Shown here: positions 1-6,378 of the stretch, in pieces
Layout of the letters: the number at the start of each line of letters is the position of its first letter
Numbering within the stretch: the stretch's first letter is position 1
Assembly: GCA_004557315.1 (NCBI GenBank)
Contig: SFEH01000006.1
Span: 1-57,505, forward strand
Length of the DNA: 57,505 nucleotides
Direction: 5' to 3'
Source of the DNA: Bacteroidales bacterium
Lineage (GTDB): Bacteria; Bacteroidota; Bacteroidia; Bacteroidales; UBA3663
The notes under the pieces: model-generated
Database searches by the model: none
Told to the model about the DNA's origin: nothing
What the model saw: the letters and a program-made list of their open reading frames with translations, nothing else
Translations under genes and position numbers: made by a program

Positions 1-2
1 AG

Positions 3-941
3 TATAGCAGATGCTACTTTTTCAACGAATATGTGAGTGGTGCTGTTGCCAATGGGCTTGAATCGGATTGGGATGCCTTGCAGGAAAAAGTATTGCCTGA
101 ACTGACAAACGCACCGAAAGACTATAACAAGCTGCTGGTTGACGAGTGCTGTTTCTTGTGGGGAGTTATTCTCATTGCGAAAGCTACGGTGGGGAATCCT
201 GAGAAAAGGAGCTTATTGACGGTTGCGTTGAGAAACCAATGGGATATTTTCCAAGACCTATATTCTATATTGACAGGATTGATAATCAAGAAATATGTCA
301 GCTATACGGCTGTTATTGCTCCTTACGCTGCCTTGCGAAAAGATTATGCTCATCTGATGGTCAGCATGCTCAGTCATAAGAAAGACATCGCTAAGGGCAT
401 GCCGATTGATAAAAGGAACAAATTTTTCAGCAAGCGCAAAGAGGTGGAAGCAGCAAGTACATCAATCGAGCAGAGGCACGATCTTGATGAGTTGGTACAG
501 ATTGTGTTTCCTGAGGTATCGTGGGGATATTTTGACCATCCTACCGAGCGTCTGACTATGGCAGAAACCTTGAACAAGATGAAGCAACAAGATATGCTGC
601 TGAAAGAAAAGGATGAGCAGATAAATCATTGGCGAGGAATGGCAGAAGATCTCACTGTTACTCTCAATGAAATGAAACAAAGTTACCGCGAGAATGCTCT
701 GACCGTGGAGGAAATATCCAAGCTCATTCTCAGCTTTGACGTAGGAACAGATCTAATGGTGTACCATTTGTTTGATGACGAGCTGGAGGATAGCGATGCT
801 TGGCAAAAAGGCAGAATACCCTTGCTGAAAAGCATTAAGCAGAAAAAGGAGGAGCAAAAGAAACTTGTCGCTGGCAATACAACGATCAATGTTGGTGCTG
901 GCGGCATCAATGTACAACAAGCAAATAACGTAGGCAAATGA
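3..941 (+). CDS. hypothetical protein, 5' end cut by window edge
   Basis: The frame is open from nt 3, with no stop upstream of the GTG at 33. It has a coiled-coil-like middle (MKQQDMLLKEKDEQINHW). The stop TGA at 939-941 overlaps the next ATG (ATGA). No family recognised. Confidence 0.6.
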   Translation, partial: YSRCYFFNEYVSGAVANGLESDWDALQEKVLPELTNAPKDYNKLLVDECCFLWGVILIAKATVGNPEKRSLLTVALRNQWDIFQDLYSILTGLIIKKYVSYTAVIAPYAALRKDYAHLMVSMLSHKKDIAKGMPIDKRNKFFSKRKEVEAASTSIEQRHDLDELVQIVFPEVSWGYFDHPTERLTMAETLNKMKQQDMLLKEKDEQINHWRGMAEDLTVTLNEMKQSYRENALTVEEISKLILSFDVGTDLMVYHLFDDELEDSDAWQKGRIPLLKSIKQKKEEQKKLVAGNTTINVGAGGINVQQANNVGK

Positions 942-1600
942 AAGAAGACGATAAAACACAATTCCCCAATGTCACTCACTACACGAAGGTTGACGTTCAG
1001 CCAGGTGGCATTAACATTCAGCATGTAGAGCACCTGCATCAGGCAGACATCCTCAAAGCTCTCGGCATTGAACTTGAGATAAAAAAGGATGGAAAGACGA
1101 TGGAAATCAGCAAGACAGATGAAAAGAAAGATGCAGCCGAATGCAGTGCGCCAAATGACGTAGAAATTGAGGACGAGATTCCTACTTCGGTCAGTGAAGT
1201 ATTCCTCCAACCGGCTGTAATAAAGAAATATGTGAGTGCGATGATAGAGAATTACTATGGTGGCAAACCTCTGTCGTTGGCACTTATATACTGTGTCCTG
1301 AAGGACTATTCGTTGTTGAGATGCGTAGGGGATTACCAAAATTTTGTGAAAGCACTTATCGATTGGGGGATGCTTGCCCCCTTGTCTGACAAGCAACTCA
1401 AGACTCTTGCCGATGGTGTGAGTGCCTATATGCGAGACCGAAATGACCACGGCAAAATTCGCCCAGGATTATCGGCAGATTTCCGCAAATGGGAAGATAC
1501 AGAAAAGAAACAACAATGTGAAGCAATAGCAACGGTGTTTGGCAAGGAGGATGATTATTTTAATCCAGCTGGCACTATACATTATAAATACCATAGGTAA
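938..1600 (+). CDS. hypothetical protein (220 aa)
   Basis: It has a 4-nt ATGA overlap with the upstream gene and is followed by a clean intrinsic terminator. It shares GGINxQ and IKKYVS motifs with the upstream protein. No family recognised. Confidence 0.6.
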   Translation: MKEDDKTQFPNVTHYTKVDVQPGGINIQHVEHLHQADILKALGIELEIKKDGKTMEISKTDEKKDAAECSAPNDVEIEDEIPTSVSEVFLQPAVIKKYVSAMIENYYGGKPLSLALIYCVLKDYSLLRCVGDYQNFVKALIDWGMLAPLSDKQLKTLADGVSAYMRDRNDHGKIRPGLSADFRKWEDTEKKQQCEAIATVFGKEDDYFNPAGTIHYKYHR

Positions 1601-1628
1601 CCGCCTGTAGGTTCAAAAGATTTTTGTG

Positions 1629-1666
1629 AGTCACTATTACATTTCGGTGTAGTAGTGACTTTTTTG
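1629..1666 (+). terminator. intrinsic terminator
   Basis: A 13-bp stem pairs AGTCACTATTACA (1629-1641) with TGTAGTAGTGACT (1648-1660), with one G.U pair. A T6 run follows. Confidence 0.7.
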
Positions 1667-1805
1667 TGTTTGTTTCTCACGTCTCTCTCGCGTGAGACGC
1701 AGGTTGTTCTCTCGCTTTCTCTCGCTCGCTCTCATTTTCTCTTAAAACACTGATAAACAGAATATAAACCAAAGGAAATATGATTGAATATCGGATAAAA
1801 TGCTC

Positions 1806-1813
1806 TATCTTTG
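1806..1813 (+). promoter_or_regulatory. Bacteroidetes -7 promoter box TATCTTTG (TAnnTTTG)
   Basis: It is an exact TAnnTTTG match, followed by GCAG as at other boxes in this window. It lies 293 nt upstream of the 2106 ATG, and the leader contains the 1870-2045 repeat element. Confidence 0.45.
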
Positions 1814-1869
1814 CAGCGTTGAAGGACAAAACATACGGCGAATGCTCAGGTTGTTTTTCCTTTACACAC

Positions 1870-2045
1870 TGACTGATGGTGTTAAGGTGTTAAGATGTGA
1901 AGATGTGAAGATGTGAAGATGTGAAGATGTGAAGATGTTCATTGACGCTACATAAGACTCTGCACAAGACTAACACTACTGAAGACCTTGAACACCTTAA
2001 CACCTTAACAAGCGAAGCGCCTTAACACCTTAACACCTTCAGTCA
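1870..2045. repeat. inverted-repeat element: 25-bp stem enclosing (ATGTGAAG)x5, a 63-bp core and GCGAAGC
   Basis: 1870-1894 (TGACTGATGGTGTTAAGGTGTTAAG) matches the reverse complement of 2021-2045 at 24 of 25 positions. The interior holds 5 tandem ATGTGAAG units (1895-1934), the core at 1933-1995, CCTTAACA repeats and AGCGAAGCGC (2011-2020). Confidence 0.9.
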
Positions 2046-2105
2046 TTATGGTCAATAGTCATTAGTCATTAAGAAAAATTATTAACATTAAAATTAAAAA
2101 AGAAG

Positions 2106-2378
2106 ATGACAAGAATTTTGAAAGTGGTGCAGCAGGGCGAGGCTTTCGCTGTACAGAGCCAGAAGGCTGAGGGTGGACAGACGATGAAGTGCAACATCGT
2201 GCTGCAGGAGTTGGGCGGCAAGTATGGCGACCAGTATGTGGCGACAATGCTTGGGAATGATGCTATGAGCCGATTCTATGGCGGCGATTTGGTGGCAGTG
2301 GCTCTCCGCTTCTCGGCTCGCGAGTACAACGGAGCAATGTATCAGGATATTTTGGTGACTGAGATCAAGAAGGTGTGA
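2106..2378 (+). CDS. DUF3127-like small OB-fold protein
   Basis: It is 90 aa. The C-terminal pattern FSAREYNGAMYQDILVTEI resembles the DUF3127 signature (..EYNGRWYN.I.AW.I) as I remember it. Confidence 0.6.
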   Translation: MTRILKVVQQGEAFAVQSQKAEGGQTMKCNIVLQELGGKYGDQYVATMLGNDAMSRFYGGDLVAVALRFSAREYNGAMYQDILVTEIKKV

Positions 2379-2479
2379 ACATCTTGAACATCACATAAAC
2401 TGAGTTGAGGCACGAGGAGGATATTCCATGGTAAAGCGCGCAGGAATCTGAATGTTTCTTCTCGAAAATCAACAAAGTT

Positions 2480-2890
2480 ATGAAGAATCGAATTTTTACA
2501 AACAGAACTCGAGTTTTCTCCGACTCGGTAAAGATGGAGACAGAGACAATGTTTTATGAGGATGGCATCATCAAGACCTATCCTTTGGCTTACGAGTTGG
2601 GACAGCAGATCACTGCCAACGGCTCGACGGTGACGATGAAGGCGAAGGTGACGGTGGATTCCGACGGCAATACCAGCGTGATGCCTTACAGACGTGACAG
2701 CGGACAACGCTACCGCCACCTCTTCAAGACTCGCCACGGCGAGGTGAAGGAGACCAACGAGGACGTGATAGTGAAGTTCCAGTTCAGCAAGTCGCAAGGC
2801 AGATGGAAGATCTGTGATGACCTGGAGACAGAGACCGATGACATTCTTTCTTTTCTTGAAACAACTAACGACATCAGAAAATGGCAGTAA
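2480..2890 (+). CDS. hypothetical protein (136 aa; the start could instead be the ATG at 2534)
   Basis: The ORF is in the same orientation as its neighbours and its stop overlaps the primase ATG by 10 nt. No family recognised. Confidence 0.5.
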   Translation: MKNRIFTNRTRVFSDSVKMETETMFYEDGIIKTYPLAYELGQQITANGSTVTMKAKVTVDSDGNTSVMPYRRDSGQRYRHLFKTRHGEVKETNEDVIVKFQFSKSQGRWKICDDLETETDDILSFLETTNDIRKWQ

Positions 2891-5247
2891 ACGTGATTTT
2901 GTATGACGCTAAGCGTCGGAAGATTGCAAGAGCGGTGACATCGCGCGAGGAGTATATCTCCTTGCGTGACTCTGCCCAGAACCGCTCGGCTGAGAAGAAG
3001 AAGATGGTGCAGATGAACTATTGCCTCGTATCGCCTTCGGGCGACAAGGGCGACTTCCCTCTGCGCGGTGCTTCGACGGTGGGCAACTCGGTGGGCATGG
3101 ACATCGACCTTACTGCCGATGTGGCAGAGAAGGAGAAGCAGACACAGGAGATCGGCAACCTCATCTTGTCGAAGCGCGACGAACTTGGCTTGCTCCTGCT
3201 CGAACGCAGTGCGACCAAGGGCTACCATATCGCCTTCCGCCGCCATGCAGGGATGAGCAACGAGGAGAACCTGCGTTGGGCAAGCGATCTGCTGGGCGTG
3301 GAGTTTGACAAGGGCGCAAAGGACTCGACGCGCGTATTCTTCACTCCTCCTTCTGACAAGCTGCTCTTCCTCGACGATGAGATCTTCGACCGAAGCGTGG
3401 TGGAAGACGGCAATGCAGAAGTGGTCGTTGAGACAAAAGACACTACTGAATCGTCAAAAAACACTGCTGAAAGTAAAAATAACACTGACATGTCAGCGTT
3501 TTCATCGGAGGAAAAGAACTACTTGGGCATTCCGTATGGCGAGATCATCGGCAAATACTGGGAGATGTTCTATGGCGGTGCAGAGCCAGTGAAGTCGAAT
3601 CGCGACACATTGACCTACGAGCTTGCCAACGTGCTGAAGCACATCTGCGGCTACGACCGTGGCTTGCTGGCAGAGGTGATTCCTTGCTACGACGGCTTCC
3701 CAGAGGCAGAGAAGATGAAATGTATCGACTCGGCACTGAGCGGCAAGCGCACGCAGATGCCGCGACGGCTGCGCGACGTGTTGGCTGCATTGCGTGCTCA
3801 GGCAATCAATGGCAACGGTGGCATTGACAAGCTCGGAATCGTGGAGGCACTCGACGAAGCGATGGGGCAAGACGAACTGTTCCACTACAACCAGATACCA
3901 GAGGACGTGATGACACAGGGCTTGAAGGAGTCGATCGACGCGGCTGGCCACACGCTGGTGATGCCTGCCATCACCGCCATCTGCCCTGCCATCGGCGCAA
4001 GGGCAACAGGCGTGAAGCTCGACGTGCACGGCAAGGCCAATACGCTGAATCTGATTGCCTACATATCGGGCGACTTTGCTTCGGGCAAGGGACAGATTGA
4101 TGACATCGTGAAGGCATGGATGAGCGAAGACATCGCATTGGCAGAGATGTACAACCAGCAATGGGCGGAATATGCCGAACAGAAGAAGCAGTGCAAGAAC
4201 AAGAAGGAGCAGCCAGTGGAGCCGAAGTTCCCGAAGGTGTGGCTGACACTCAACAACACCACTGCCAACCTTGCCGAGGAACTGTCGAACATGAACGGCA
4301 AGCACGCCTTTTCGTTCACTCCCGAAGCCGACGTAGTGAGCCTGAAATGGAAGACCTCGGTGAGCGACTTCTCGACGATGATTCGCCAGAGCTACGACGG
4401 CTCGTCGTATGACCGTGAGGCACGCAGCGTGGAGGCGGTGAACGTGCATATTCCGCGACTGCTGTGGAACGTGGTGATGTGCGGCACGCCCGATGCCCTC
4501 TATCGCGTGGTGAACAACTACACCGATGGCTTCCAGAGCCGCATTGCCTTGGCTCGCACGCCCGACAATACCTTTGCTCGCCTCGATGACAACCCTGCCC
4601 ATCTCACCGACCTCCAGAAAGAGCGCATCGAGCAGGTGAGCCACCTTCTGCCATTGCTCAACGGCACGATCGTATTGCCAAAGCTTGAGGCGCGAGGCAG
4701 GGCTTGGCTCGAAGAGGTGCGACTGGTGACGATGAAGGACGATGACCGCGTGATGGCTCGCCAGAGATTCCGCATCTGCGTGACGGCTCAGCGCATGACG
4801 TGCTGCCTGATGCTCGCGAGTGTTTGCGCCTCGCTGATCGGGCAATATGGCGCGAAGAGTGCAGAAATGCGACTGAAGAGCGACCCGACTCTGTGGCAGA
4901 AGATGATCGAGCAGATGCAGACGCAGAGCTACATGGATATGTTTGGCATCATCGCCGATTCGCTGCTCGACAATGCCATGTATTTCTTCCGCGACCGCAT
5001 CGAGAGTGCTTTCAATGCGAGGACGTATGCTGGCGGTCAGGCATTGGGCAACATGCGTGTGCGCAAGGGCAAGAACGACACTATCTTCGAACGTCTGCCA
5101 GAGGTGTTTGGCTTTGCCGAGGCTTTGGCTCAGAGCGTGAAGGTGAAGAGCAACGGTGTGACGCAGAATGCCGTACAGCAGATGCTGAAGAACTGGATGA
5201 AGCAAGGGCTGATCGTGGCGACAGAAGGAGGATACAGGAAAGCTTAA
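2881..5247 (+). CDS. primase-helicase-like replication protein (VirE-N/BT4734-like N-terminal domain + DUF3987-like region)
   Basis: It is 788 aa. The N-terminus (SATKGYHIAFRR...TRVFFTPP) looks like the BT4734/VirE-N primase-like domain. The central part (GDFASGKGQ...NNTTANLAEEL...AFSFTPEAD) looks like DUF3987. Recognition is by eye only. Confidence 0.6.
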   Translation: MAVNVILYDAKRRKIARAVTSREEYISLRDSAQNRSAEKKKMVQMNYCLVSPSGDKGDFPLRGASTVGNSVGMDIDLTADVAEKEKQTQEIGNLILSKRDELGLLLLERSATKGYHIAFRRHAGMSNEENLRWASDLLGVEFDKGAKDSTRVFFTPPSDKLLFLDDEIFDRSVVEDGNAEVVVETKDTTESSKNTAESKNNTDMSAFSSEEKNYLGIPYGEIIGKYWEMFYGGAEPVKSNRDTLTYELANVLKHICGYDRGLLAEVIPCYDGFPEAEKMKCIDSALSGKRTQMPRRLRDVLAALRAQAINGNGGIDKLGIVEALDEAMGQDELFHYNQIPEDVMTQGLKESIDAAGHTLVMPAITAICPAIGARATGVKLDVHGKANTLNLIAYISGDFASGKGQIDDIVKAWMSEDIALAEMYNQQWAEYAEQKKQCKNKKEQPVEPKFPKVWLTLNNTTANLAEELSNMNGKHAFSFTPEADVVSLKWKTSVSDFSTMIRQSYDGSSYDREARSVEAVNVHIPRLLWNVVMCGTPDALYRVVNNYTDGFQSRIALARTPDNTFARLDDNPAHLTDLQKERIEQVSHLLPLLNGTIVLPKLEARGRAWLEEVRLVTMKDDDRVMARQRFRICVTAQRMTCCLMLASVCASLIGQYGAKSAEMRLKSDPTLWQKMIEQMQTQSYMDMFGIIADSLLDNAMYFFRDRIESAFNARTYAGGQALGNMRVRKGKNDTIFERLPEVFGFAEALAQSVKVKSNGVTQNAVQQMLKNWMKQGLIVATEGGYRKA

Positions 5248-5415
5248 TAGGGTTATGAGGTTATGAGGTTTTGAGGTTATGAGGTTATGAGGTTATGAGG
5301 TTATGAGGTTATGAGGTTTTGAGGTTATGAGGTTATGAGGTAGCTTCGCGCCGACGATGAACCTAAAAACCTCAAAACCATAAAACCTAAAAACCTCAAA
5401 ACCATAAAACTAAAA
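5248..5415. repeat. bipartite octamer-repeat element (GGTTATGA array / GCTTCGCGC centre / ACCTNAAA array)
   Basis: 5251-5340 holds 11 tandem octamers (9 GGTTATGA and 2 GGTTTTGA) with no C. The centre is TAGCTTCGCGCCGACGATGA (5341-5360). 5361-5410 is (ACCTAAAAACCTCAAAACCATAAA)x2 with no G. Confidence 0.9.
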
Positions 5416-5420
5416 AAATT

Positions 5421-5837
5421 ATGAAAATCTATCTATATCGAAAAAGAATAAAGGGTGAGAGCACCGATGGGGTGCTGATTGACCAACGCGGCAACCGCAT
5501 CTGCGACACTGCCGAAAACACGCTGACGATGCTACCTGAGGGGAAATATCGTCTGGAACTGAAGAAATACAAGAAGGGCAACTATCGAGCTGCCTTCGCT
5601 ACGCCAATCGATGCAAATGGCGAGAAGCAGCAAGGGTGGCGCGGCTCGGGATTCATCATCCACGGCAACGGAGTGTATGGGCGAGGACTTGGCAGCAACA
5701 TCATCGTGGGCGACTATCTTGTGCCAGGCGTGGTGACCCACAGTGCGAAACACTTCACCCGACTGATAAAACGCCTCGAAAAGGCAGAGAAGCGCAAGAC
5801 AGAAGTGGAAATAGATGTGAAGGTGTTAAGGTGTTAA
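5421..5837 (+). CDS. DUF5675-like protein
   Basis: It is 138 aa. The pattern TDGVLID..G..ICDT.E......P.G.Y ... FIIHGNG ... IIVG ... G.V.S...F..L matches my memory of DUF5675. Its stop TAA (5835-5837) lies inside a GTGTTAAG repeat unit. Confidence 0.6.
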   Translation: MKIYLYRKRIKGESTDGVLIDQRGNRICDTAENTLTMLPEGKYRLELKKYKKGNYRAAFATPIDANGEKQQGWRGSGFIIHGNGVYGRGLGSNIIVGDYLVPGVVTHSAKHFTRLIKRLEKAEKRKTEVEIDVKVLRC

Positions 5838-6045
5838 GATGTTCATTGACGCTACATAAGACTCTGCACAAGACTAACACTACTGAAGACCTTGAACACC
5901 TAGATGTGAAGATGTTAAGGTGTTAAGGTGTGAAGGTGTTCATTGACGCTACATAAGACTCTGCACAAGACTAACACTACTGAAGACCTTGAACACCTTA
6001 ACAAGCGAAGCGCCTTAACACCTTAACACCTTAACACCTTAACGC
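5815..6045. repeat. tandem duplication of the 63-bp core element with GTGTTAAG/CTTAACAC arms
   Basis: Cores at 5838-5900 and 5935-5997 are near-identical to 1933-1995. GT-only octamers lie at 5815-5838 and 5901-5938. AGCGAAGCGC is at 6003-6012. (CCTTAACA)x4 at 6012-6043 is perfectly complementary to both 5820-5838 and 5914-5930. Confidence 0.9.
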
Positions 6046-6108
6046 CTCCGTTTGCCGACAAAATGGGAGGATTGGCTGAAAAAATTTGCATCGTATTGGG
6101 CAAAAGCA

Positions 6109-6116
6109 TATCTTTG
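6109..6116 (+). promoter_or_regulatory. orphan TAnnTTTG box (TATCTTTG)
   Basis: It has the same TATCTTTGCAG sequence as the 1806 promoter. No convincing ORF lies downstream before the convergent LRR gene. Confidence 0.3.
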
Positions 6117-6378
6117 CAGAAAACTGAGATATGAAACTGACATTTTCGCAGAAAGAAAACCTTGTAATAGCTGTTGCCTGGCTACTCGTATATGCCTCTA
6201 CTCCATTGTATATGTAATATGGGCTATTGGCAGTCAGGCAACGTTCATGTGGCACGAGGTGTTTTGTAATACAAGTTGTTCTTTTTTGCGACATACGCAA
6301 GAAATCCTAAGCTTTGTTGCAAATTTATCACACCACGATTAACTTCCGAAACTTAAAACAATATTAATAATCAGCCAA

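Noticed and set aside
683-1450. 255-aa minus-strand ORF overlapping both left-end hypothetical genes.
   Set aside because: It has no motifs and its composition is odd. It spans the ATGA junction of two co-oriented plus-strand ORFs that are followed by a matching terminator.
1879-1937. Tandem octamer arrays, here and at 5251-5340 and elsewhere, considered as a CRISPR array.
   Set aside because: The period is 8 nt with no spacers, no repeat of 24-40 nt, and no cas genes.
1870-2045. Integron attC site or gene-cassette boundary.
   Set aside because: No IntI integrase is in the window. GTTAAGG and CCTTAAC do not fit the GTTRRRY/RYYYAAC core sites. Related repeats also sit inside an ordinary chromosomal operon.
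1806-2105. Invertible promoter switch (inverted repeats flanking a 126-bp segment, as in Bacteroides phase-variable loci).
   Set aside because: The TAnnTTTG box lies outside the inverted repeats. No promoter box is found inside the segment on either strand, and no recombinase gene is adjacent. A structure or iteron role is more consistent with the many similar elements.
3502-5205. 567-aa ORF antisense to the primase-helicase gene, plus other nested ORFs at 3018-5258.
   Set aside because: It is a shadow ORF in a GC-rich gene. The translation is Arg/His/Ala/Leu-rich with no motifs, while the sense frame has recognisable domains.
5251-5340. GG-tract arrays considered as two-tetrad G-quadruplex formers.
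   Set aside because: Only GG doublets with 6-nt loops are present. Any such structure would be weak, and nothing in the sequence distinguishes this from the simpler repeat or hairpin reading.
5248-5415. Octamer elements considered as canonical rho-independent terminators.
   Set aside because: In mRNA sense the elements end in an A-run, not a U-run. On the opposite strand the T-run precedes the arms. They also sit between tightly linked cistrons.
6031-6342. ORFs at 6031-6300 (minus) and 6052-6342 (plus) as protein genes.
   Set aside because: They mutually overlap and are Cys/Phe-rich with no motifs. They are kept only as a possible non-coding transcript region.
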